Virus record (IMG/VR): IMGVR_UViG_3300008113_000102
Reading direction: 5' to 3' (one strand)
Length of the DNA: 64,000 bases
Origin: an uncultured virus (IMG/VR IMGVR_UViG_3300008113_000102)
Taxonomy: Duplodnaviria; Heunggongvirae; Uroviricota; Caudoviricetes
Within the stretch, counting starts at the first letter, position 1, and each line of letters opens with the position of its first letter. The translations under genes and the position numbers were made by a program. The notes under the pieces are model-generated. The model was not told the DNA's origin and ran no database searches. It worked only from the letters and a program-made list of their open reading frames with translations. Shown here piece after piece: positions 1-7,363 of this stretch.

Positions 1-383
1 TGTGGCGCGGGTTTCGTGGGGTATGGGGCTTGGCTTGGTTGTCATGCAATTGGTTGCGGTATGCGGTTGGTTGGGTGGGCTATGCTCCTAGGTAGGTAGG
101 GTATATGGGGGAGGTAGGGCCATGGGTATGGTATAACATGGTAGCTAGGTGCTAGGTGTATGGTATTAATATGGTGACCATGGCAGATTTGGGGCGTTTT
201 CCAAAATCAACACTTTACGCATAGTAAAAAAATCTAATTTGCTCAAATTTAAACTATCTCGGTCCGTCCTTGGTATTAGTATCAAAACGTATCAGGGTGT
301 CTAGAATCGCCTAAAAATGGCCTTTAAATTGATTTAGGTCCAAATGTTAAAATTTTGTGAAAACACCTCTTCATTGATTTTAT

Positions 384-416
384 TTTGCTCAAATATAAAA
401 TAATTCCGTACCTTAG
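384..416 (+). promoter_or_regulatory. Bacteroidota-type promoter for the early transcript
   Basis: TTTG (384-387), 21-nt spacer, TACCTTAG (409-416; one mismatch to TAnnTTTG), directly before the structured leader. Confidence 0.55.
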
Positions 417-418
417 CA

Positions 419-738
419 TAGCGATTGAGGGAAACGATGTCGCTAGTTCTTTTCAAGGTGGGTTCTCACTTACGTTTAAAAACTAAGAAATGCTGAACCC
501 GACAATGCGAAATATAGACATACTATATAGTAGCACTAAGGATTGTCTGCCGAGCCTATAAGCACCCCAACCACCACACCATCACTAGCTTGAGGGTATA
601 AAAAGAAGCTAGGGAAGTAGCTACCACCTATATAGGTAGCGTTGACCTCCAACTACGGAATCCGATGTGGAATGCATAGGTTGGTACTTTCAAGATGTCT
701 TGTCTGCTACCTTCTTACCCACACGATGGCCACACATA
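419..738 (+). ncRNA. Candidate structured 5' leader or ncRNA
   Basis: No ORF in the track; serial stems TAGCGA/TCGCTA, GGGTTC/GAACCC, GACAAT/ATTGTC, CTAGCTT/AAGCTAG, GCTACC/GGTAGC, CCAAC/GTTGG. Confidence 0.45.
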
Positions 739-760
739 TTAACCAATAAAATTTAATACC

Positions 761-949
761 ATGGACACAACATTTAAAGAAATCAGTAAATTTTGGAATT
801 CTCAACCATTACTTGAAAGATTAATATTCTTAATGAATAAATTCAATTTTTCTGAAGATGAGGCCACCACATTGGCCAAATTAGACTATTCAAAATTTGA
901 GAAGGAATTCACCAAGAGAACACTAAAAAGGTTAACTGATGAGGCCTAA
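761..949 (+). CDS. Early hypothetical protein; 3' end overlaps hammerhead 1
   Basis: 62 aa ORF with A-rich leader. Confidence 0.7.
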   Translation: MDTTFKEISKFWNSQPLLERLIFLMNKFNFSEDEATTLAKLDYSKFEKEFTKRTLKRLTDEA

Positions 950-991
950 ATGGCCGAAATGTGCATCCCTAGGGGGATGTGCATATTAACC
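930..991 (+). ncRNA. Hammerhead ribozyme type I (HH1), predicted cut after A985 (AUA)
   Basis: GGTTAA-CTGATGA-GGCC(TAAAT)GGCC-GAAA-TGTGCATCCC(TAGG)GGGATGTGCA-TA-TTAACC: full core and three stems. Confidence 0.95.
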
Positions 992-1007
992 ATAAAAATT
1001 TTTAAAA

Positions 1008-1229
1008 ATGAATCTAAAATTTAAAAAAGTAGCAGACACATATGTAGCTACAATGCCTACAAAAGTTGGTATTTATGAAATTCAAATTTTTACTAATTAC
1101 GATAAGAAATTTGGATGGCAAATACACTTGGACAATACTTTTTTGGATAGCGATTACGGATACCGCAAAAAAGACTGCGTACTAGCTGCTACTGACACGT
1201 TACAAGCAATTATTAACCGATTAAACTAA
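1008..1229 (+). CDS. Early hypothetical protein
   Basis: 73 aa ORF starting 22 nt after the HH1 cut site. Confidence 0.75.
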   Translation: MNLKFKKVADTYVATMPTKVGIYEIQIFTNYDKKFGWQIHLDNTFLDSDYGYRKKDCVLAATDTLQAIINRLN

Positions 1230-1234
1230 ATACC

Positions 1235-1438
1235 ATGACAACCTACGAACACAAGTTATTCAGCGATTTATTAAGTGTAAATATGCTAATTGATGAACAA
1301 GAAAATAAAGAGGTAGCAAGATTCTTAACCATTGCATACCATTCTATCCAAAATGAATTAAGAGAATTTATGGGTGATAGAGAATATAGCGAATTCATAC
1401 GAATGGGCAGAGAAATGTTTGCCCCTGCTAAAGGTTAA
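1235..1438 (+). CDS. Early hypothetical protein
   Basis: 67 aa ORF; its stop TAA is part of HH2 stem I. Confidence 0.75.
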   Translation: MTTYEHKLFSDLLSVNMLIDEQENKEVARFLTIAYHSIQNELREFMGDREYSEFIRMGREMFAPAKG

Positions 1439-1485
1439 CTGACGATGGCCTGATTGGCCGAAACGCTCTCAGGAGCGTCTTAGCC
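1433..1485 (+). ncRNA. Hammerhead ribozyme type I (HH2), predicted cut after C1479 (GUC)
   Basis: GGTTAA-CTGACGA-T-GGCC(TGATT)GGCC-GAAA-CGCTC(TCAG)GAGCG-TC-TTAGCC. Confidence 0.93.
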
Positions 1486-1501
1486 ATAAAAATACCATAC
1501 C

Positions 1502-1675
1502 ATGAGTCCAAATTTAGCTTTTACCATTGCTATTGAAAATGGGTTGCTGAGCAGTAATCCAAACGATCAGAATTATGCCGGTCTTTATATGTACATGGGT
1601 GTGCAGCACCAAGGAACAGATAAGGAAGTACTGCTATTTAAAAATATCAACACACGAGAATATATCAAATTTTAA
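1502..1675 (+). CDS. Small early hypothetical protein (57 aa, not in ORF track)
   Basis: Hand translation MSPNLAFTIAIENG...REYIKF*, starting 22 nt after the HH2 cut site. Confidence 0.7.
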   Translation: MSPNLAFTIAIENGLLSSNPNDQNYAGLYMYMGVQHQGTDKEVLLFKNINTREYIKF

Positions 1676-1684
1676 ACTAACCAC

Positions 1685-1960
1685 ATGAAACCAAATTTAA
1701 AAAGAAGATTAGCAAATGTGAATGCTAAATTATCCAAGCATGGCTTCCGTCCGTTTAGTTGTTCAGAAGCTATCAAATTTAATTCAATTATGCTCCCTGA
1801 GAGCGGTCAGGATGCCGGATGGAAAGCAATTGACCATTGCAAGCCTAATGGGATGCTAGGATACGAGGTTGAGCGATTCTTTAATAGGAGGGATGCCATG
1901 CAGATTGGTGACACCCTGATTGAAATTAGCAGAACATATAGCGGTGTTGATATATACTAG
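1685..1960 (+). CDS. Early hypothetical protein
   Basis: 91 aa ORF; one base separates its stop from HH3. Confidence 0.75.
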   Translation: MKPNLKRRLANVNAKLSKHGFRPFSCSEAIKFNSIMLPESGQDAGWKAIDHCKPNGMLGYEVERFFNRRDAMQIGDTLIEISRTYSGVDIY

Positions 1961-1961
1961 A

Positions 1962-2067
1962 GGTTAACTGATGATGGATTCAATATCCGAAACATCCTAG
2001 AGCTACCATGCAGAGCGTGGGGGTACATTTATCAAATCGGTAGGGTACCGGCTAGGATGTATTAACC
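1962..2067 (+). ncRNA. Hammerhead ribozyme type I (HH3) with 51-nt stem III insert, predicted cut after A2061 (GUA)
   Basis: GGTTAA-CTGATGA-T-GGAT(TCAAT)ATCC-GAAA-CATCCTAG[51 nt]CTAGGATG-TA-TTAACC. Confidence 0.9.
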
Positions 2068-2106
2068 ATAACGTGGAGTCACCACATAAAAAACTGAAAA
2101 TATTTT

Positions 2107-3006
2107 ATGAATAAGTTACAAGACACTTTCTCAGCCCGTACACCACAGGAAGCAGCATCAAAATTAGACAGCATTTTAGCCAATTCTAGACAGGATAATG
2201 TCTTGGTTGACTCATCCATCGTCCCACTGCAAAGCCTGACAGGAATCGCCTCTAGGAGAGGTTTAGAGAATGCCATCATCTGTGAGAATCAAATCGTGAA
2301 TGTGGTTTCTAATTCTTATGGCCATCTACCAAATGAGAAATTTTTTCTGGGTGTAGAGGAGAAGCTAATTGATGCAGACATCTACTACCAACAACGCAGT
2401 ATCAATCGTGACAATCGCTCGTTTGTAGTTGATTACGTCCTAGCAGATGACAGGTACAAAGTAGCTGTTAAAGGTGAACAGGATGTACTACGTCCTATGC
2501 TACGATTTGTGAATAGCTATGATGGTTCATGTAAGACTAGCGGTTCTTTTGGATTTTGGCGCAAGGTGTGTGACAATGGCCTCCATGTAGCACAAACACA
2601 CATTGGCTTCTCAGTTAAGCACTCAGGGGCTATTGCTGACATTGTAATGCCTAAATTGGATGAGATTGTAGGTAAGTTCATGGACAACGAATTCTATAGT
2701 CTAAAACGCAAATTTGAGGTGCTTGCAGAACGTCCGGTGTATAACCTAGAGGATTATGTAAAGTTCACCGCTAAAACATCAGGATTGTTTAAGTATGAAT
2801 CTAGCGATAAGAACCCTGAGCCTAGCGCCAATGCAAGATTTGTTTTTGATGTGATTGAGCGCGAATCAAAGCTACTAAACACGCGTCCTAATCAATGGAT
2901 TGTATACAACGCATTCAACGAATTATTACATGGTAAATTAAAGAAAACATTTGACCAACAACGTACACTAGATGAGAGATTATTTGAAACAATCTACGCA
3001 GGTTAA
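2107..3006 (+). CDS. DUF932-family protein
   Basis: NSYDGS...R.VCDNGL motif and the C-terminal W.VYNAFNE pattern typical of DUF932. Confidence 0.8.
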   Translation: MNKLQDTFSARTPQEAASKLDSILANSRQDNVLVDSSIVPLQSLTGIASRRGLENAIICENQIVNVVSNSYGHLPNEKFFLGVEEKLIDADIYYQQRSINRDNRSFVVDYVLADDRYKVAVKGEQDVLRPMLRFVNSYDGSCKTSGSFGFWRKVCDNGLHVAQTHIGFSVKHSGAIADIVMPKLDEIVGKFMDNEFYSLKRKFEVLAERPVYNLEDYVKFTAKTSGLFKYESSDKNPEPSANARFVFDVIERESKLLNTRPNQWIVYNAFNELLHGKLKKTFDQQRTLDERLFETIYAG

Positions 3007-3051
3007 CTGACGAGGCCTAATGGCCGAAACCACCTTCGGGTGGTCTTAACC
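3001..3051 (+). ncRNA. Hammerhead ribozyme type I (HH4), predicted cut after C3045 (GUC)
   Basis: GGTTAA-CTGACGA-GGCC(TAAT)GGCC-GAAA-CCACC(TTCG)GGTGG-TC-TTAACC; UUCG tetraloop. Confidence 0.96.
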
Positions 3052-3090
3052 AATTGTGGAGTCACCACATTAAAAACTGAAAAAATTAAA

Positions 3091-3507
3091 ATGAAATACG
3101 CAATCATTGAAACATGGAACGGCGAAGGTTATTCATTTCAAAATCTAGCTTACATTGAGGAATTCAATTCGGATGCAGAAGCGCAACAAAAATTGAGAGA
3201 TTTAATTGCGATTGAATCTGATGCTGAAAATATAGTAGAATCAGATGGCATAATCACATACGATAAACATGATGACAGCGGTACATTTCAATTTATAAAA
3301 AATGCTGAATCAATTTATGGTGTAGTTATTCTGACAAATGTAAACGAGGTGGTTGCCATCCGTAATAAAAAAGATTGGCTAGCCAAAATAAACATTGCAG
3401 TTCAACAATCTGATTCTGATGAAACCGATGAACTTGATTTATCATCTGATAACATTTTTATAGGCGCATACGAAGGAGATTACGATTATCAATTTATAAA
3501 ATTTTAA
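3091..3507 (+). CDS. Acidic early hypothetical protein (start revised to ATG 3091)
   Basis: Track start 3040 lies inside HH4; ATG 3091 follows an A-rich leader 45 nt after the cut site. Confidence 0.75.
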   Translation: MKYAIIETWNGEGYSFQNLAYIEEFNSDAEAQQKLRDLIAIESDAENIVESDGIITYDKHDDSGTFQFIKNAESIYGVVILTNVNEVVAIRNKKDWLAKINIAVQQSDSDETDELDLSSDNIFIGAYEGDYDYQFIKF

Positions 3508-3521
3508 AAAATAAACCAACC

Positions 3522-3644
3522 ATGGACACAATCTTAGTAACACTCTACGCAATCACATTGACACTATGCGCCACATCTTTCACATTAATTTTTGGCGCTC
3601 TGTCAGTTAAAACATTGAAAACAATCAAATCATTTTTATTCTAA
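3522..3644 (+). CDS. Small hydrophobic peptide (40 aa, not in track)
   Basis: MDTILVTLYAITLTLCATSFTLIFGALSV..., A/C-rich leader. Confidence 0.5.
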   Translation: MDTILVTLYAITLTLCATSFTLIFGALSVKTLKTIKSFLF

Positions 3645-3693
3645 TTTGCCTAAAAGTAAAGACATACAATTAACCACTATTAAATTAATTAAA

Positions 3694-3999
3694 ATGACAA
3701 ACAAATTTGTAATTGACTATGACAACAAAGTATTGACCTTACACTACCTAGAGCAGGTCTTTATGTTTGATTTAAATGCCGGTGATACCGGTGAATATTG
3801 GCATGGATTTGAACTGAAGGACGGCACCAAGCTAGATGTTAATTACCATCAGGAAGATGCAAACCAAGAGCCGTATTGCGAAATATGGGACACTGCATTA
3901 AATAAAGAAGATGGTAAGCATTATATCAATCATGAGGTTGATGGCATTGATAACTACGAGATTCTAGGTAATCCTATAAACTACTTTAAAATTAAATAA
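3694..3999 (+). CDS. Early hypothetical protein
   Basis: Track ORF 3646..3999; ATG 3694 is the likelier start. Confidence 0.7.
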   Translation: MTNKFVIDYDNKVLTLHYLEQVFMFDLNAGDTGEYWHGFELKDGTKLDVNYHQEDANQEPYCEIWDTALNKEDGKHYINHEVDGIDNYEILGNPINYFKIK

Positions 4000-4000
4000 A

Positions 4001-4198
4001 ATGACAGACTTGATTAAAGTTTATGCAATAGACGCTAATAAAATGGGTGATGATTTCAAATGTTTAACTTGTAGTGATGATGAGTTCATAGCAGAAGCAA
4101 CCAAGCAAAACATACCACCCATTGACATTAAAAAATTTGAGCGGATGTTCAATGTTTCAGTGTTTGACTACGAAAACTTTATTATTAGATTTATTTAA
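4001..4198 (+). CDS. Early hypothetical protein
   Basis: 65 aa ORF, tightly packed. Confidence 0.7.
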   Translation: MTDLIKVYAIDANKMGDDFKCLTCSDDEFIAEATKQNIPPIDIKKFERMFNVSVFDYENFIIRFI

Positions 4199-4209
4199 AA
4201 TTATATAAA

Positions 4210-4473
4210 ATGAAAAGTAAAATACCAACTGAGAAAATAGAAAAATGGATTAACATTCTCCTAGATGAAATTGATGCAGATGAATTGTTTAGGATGCTAT
4301 TAAACGAATGCAATAAAAAACAATTGGGATACATTCATGACGCAATTAAAGACGAATTAAGGCTACATGATAAGTATGTAATAGATTGTACCAACTTAAA
4401 TGATAAGCAGAAATTTGAGGCCTTTATAGAAGATTATAGGCCATATTATAACGAGCAACAAACAATATTTTAA
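4210..4473 (+). CDS. Early hypothetical protein
   Basis: 87 aa ORF. Confidence 0.7.
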   Translation: MKSKIPTEKIEKWINILLDEIDADELFRMLLNECNKKQLGYIHDAIKDELRLHDKYVIDCTNLNDKQKFEAFIEDYRPYYNEQQTIF

Positions 4474-4491
4474 ATTATTAAATTATCCAAA

Positions 4492-4680
4492 ATGACAAAT
4501 CTAGAAATCAAAATCAGACTAGAACAAATCCTAGCTAAGATACAAGAGAACACCGACTTCGGTTGGAAGGATGACCTTGAAGATACTTTTGAATGTGTAG
4601 TGCTAGAGGATGCACAACAATCCATGTACAATGGATGGCTAACTGAATTAGAAGCACTGCATGATGATATAATAGTTTAG
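4492..4680 (+). CDS. Early hypothetical protein
   Basis: 62 aa ORF. Confidence 0.7.
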   Translation: MTNLEIKIRLEQILAKIQENTDFGWKDDLEDTFECVVLEDAQQSMYNGWLTELEALHDDIIV

Positions 4681-5133
4681 GTTAACGAGGGATGCGCATT
4701 CGTAATCACGCATACTTTATATATTATCCAATCTATTAAACTTTTAAAAAGTGGAAGCAGCCATCTTACTAACCATTCTATTAACCCTATTCATAGGCGC
4801 AGACCTTAGTACTAAGGAAACCGGATATACCAACAACAAATTTGAGGATATTAATAATTAATTTAATTAAATATCAATTTTATTACCTAATTTGCGTAAA
4901 ACTAAAAAAAATAATAACCAACCAACCCTTAACCCATGGAAACCATTGTAAAATTAAATGCTCAAATCAGAGCGTTAAACAAAAAAATTGAAACCAACAA
5001 CACAAAGAACATTTATGCAGTAAAACAGAAAATAAAAAATCTGAAAGCTAAATTGAAAGTAGAATCTGACAACTATAATTGGGAGAACTATCTCTCTAGG
5101 TAGTATGATTAAATTAATATTAAATGATAAATT

Positions 5134-5376
5134 ATGAAAGAAAGTTTAAGCAAAAAAGAAATGCTTCGGTATAATATGTACCGAATGTTTAAGGATGATG
5201 CGATACCATACGCAGACATGGAAGATTTTATAGTTATGTGGCAGGCTCTAGCTGACAAGTGGGAGATACACCTATCTGATGATGAATGGGACCAATTTGC
5301 CGAGGAAATCAATAGCGAGGCATCCAATAGACAAAACGTATTTAACGAGATTTTTGACACATATTTTAACCAATAA
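5134..5376 (+). CDS. Hypothetical protein
   Basis: 80 aa ORF. Confidence 0.7.
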   Translation: MKESLSKKEMLRYNMYRMFKDDAIPYADMEDFIVMWQALADKWEIHLSDDEWDQFAEEINSEASNRQNVFNEIFDTYFNQ

Positions 5377-5387
5377 AACAAAACAAC

Positions 5388-5600
5388 ATGACAAAGTACG
5401 AACTAGTAAAAAAGACAGAAATTAATGGAGATGTATGGTATTTCATTCGCAAAGATGATGGCTATTCGGTGGACAATACTTGGACAACGAAAATAGAAGA
5501 AGCGGAACAAATGTTACATGAACTTGAAAACGGCAGACCTCCAATGCCTATTTTTGAAACCCTTAAAACAATTCATGTAGAGGAGGGCGATGATGATTAA
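5388..5600 (+). CDS. Hypothetical protein
   Basis: 70 aa ORF. Confidence 0.7.
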   Translation: MTKYELVKKTEINGDVWYFIRKDDGYSVDNTWTTKIEEAEQMLHELENGRPPMPIFETLKTIHVEEGDDD

Positions 5601-5737
5601 ATGGCTGAATATCTATTTTTCAGAAAAGGAAAAGATTAAACGGAAGAAACTAAGAGAGATAGACAAGAGAATAGCTAGTGCGGATGACTATGACGAGCTA
5701 GTCAAATTAACCCGATTATATAACCGAATAAAACAAG

Positions 5738-5944
5738 ATGATGAAGAGCAAACAGATTAGCTTAAAAGAGTATGCAGATAAGATAAACCCTGAGCATTTT
5801 AGAGCTAATAGGAAGAACCTCACTGCCCCCATGACACAACAAGCCATCAAGTACAGAATCAAAAACAATATGCCCCTACCTGAAGTATTAAAGTATACTA
5901 GGGTAGGCAAGGTCCACGTTCTTACCGTAGATGCCAATTTTTAA
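5738..5944 (+). CDS. Small basic, possibly HTH DNA-binding protein
   Basis: SLKEYA...MTQQAIKYRIK pattern. Confidence 0.5.
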   Translation: MMKSKQISLKEYADKINPEHFRANRKNLTAPMTQQAIKYRIKNNMPLPEVLKYTRVGKVHVLTVDANF

Positions 5945-5967
5945 CTAATTAAAACCAACCAAACCAA

Positions 5968-6964
5968 ATGAAAACAAACTTAGAATGGGTAATCAATTGC
6001 ATTAACTCATGCACCAACCTAGAACAATTAAAAACTTGTGAAGTAATTATCGGCCTTTATAAATTCAGATTAGCTAAAGACGGCATGACCGAGGCAGACA
6101 TATATGGGGAAGAAAGCCAGTTATTAGCTGCTTATTTGGATAAGGAGGCCATGCTTTTGATCTAATGAAAAACAGGTATCAAATATCCGAATCTGCCATG
6201 ATCCAAATGGAAAATGACTACTTAAAGGAGAGGATAGAATTATTAAAAAATGAAGTAAAGTATTTAAAGGAAAAGTTATTATCGTATGAGGAAGTCAGTA
6301 GAGAAGGATATAATGGAGAGCAAACGTCAGGAACTCAAATCATCAGGAATAATTGAAGTATGGGTAAATGATAGCTTGTATGCAACGAAACAATTTAAAG
6401 GGAGAGGCCACCGCAGTAAAATCATTCAGGAATGGCTGCAAAGGTTAGGCAAACCCTATGAACCAAGAAAAATTTATTTAGTAGTAAAACCAATGCACCT
6501 ATGACAAACATGACACCAATTAGACAAGTAATGGAGGCCCGTAGTTTTCGTAATCAAAATGACTTTGATACATGGTTATTAGATAACTTTGATAGGCTAT
6601 TTAATGAGGAGAAATCTATGATAGCCGAGGCCATGGAATATGCTTTTGATGAGGACGGGCATAGCAAGACATGGCGGAAAGCAGTCACTGAAAAATATTA
6701 CCTTGAAAAGTATATCCAAAAGCCAACCCAGTAACCATTAAAAAAAAGTAAATGACCGACCTACAAAAGCAGTACATAGACCAACGCTACAAGTATGAGC
6801 CAATATCCATGATGATACCCAATATCAACATGACCTATTTGCAGATATTAACCTACTATAAATCAATGGGATATGAGCCATTAAAGAAAAGAGGTAGAAG
6901 GCATGAGCATAAAACCCCAGCTGGCTACTTTGATATTGATAACTACAAACCAGAAACAATATAA
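5968..6964 (+). CDS. Run of five small hypothetical ORFs (5968-6165, 6165-6356, 6286-6504, 6501-6734, 6752-6964)
   Basis: Closely spaced or overlapping ORFs on one strand. Confidence 0.65.
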
Positions 6965-7120
6965 GATTGCGTATTTATACTTAATATTAATTAAATTAAT
7001 TAAATCAACTTTGTACTTTATTAAACCAATTAAACCAATAAACCTATGAACACATTTTATGTAATTAAAGACCTTCGTGATAACGAAAAAGTATATCAAA
7101 TTAACCAAAACAAATAACCT

Positions 7121-7363
7121 ATGAAAACAGCAATGCAAGAATTAATTGAAGAATTAAGAAGTTTAGCTTTTACTGAATGTCATATAAGTATGGGAGCTAT
7201 TATGCTTACACAAGGACACATTGACGAATTAGAAGAAAAATATATTAAAAAAGAAAAAGACCAAATTATATCTTCTTATAATGAACCTCTATGGATTACT
7301 GATAAACCAAATGTTAAAGCAGAAGATTACTACAACCAAACCTTTAAACCAGAAACAATATGA
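7121..7363 (+). CDS. Small phage protein (MKTAMQELI...YYNQTF type)
   Basis: KEKDQI..SY and AEDYYNQTF motifs resembling small Bacteroidota-phage genes. Confidence 0.7.
   Translation: MKTAMQELIEELRSLAFTECHISMGAIMLTQGHIDELEEKYIKKEKDQIISSYNEPLWITDKPNVKAEDYYNQTFKPETI

Noticed and set aside
930..3051. Repeats read as a CRISPR array or integron attC sites
   Set aside because: Conserved positions match the hammerhead core, the spacers are whole genes, and no cas or integrase gene is present
3040..3090. GTG start at 3040
   Set aside because: Lies inside HH4, upstream of the cut site; ATG 3091 fits the 45-nt leader pattern
2079..7138. - strand ORFs in the early region (2079, 5109, 5716, 6881)
   Set aside because: Overlap better supported + strand genes or AT-rich promoter DNA
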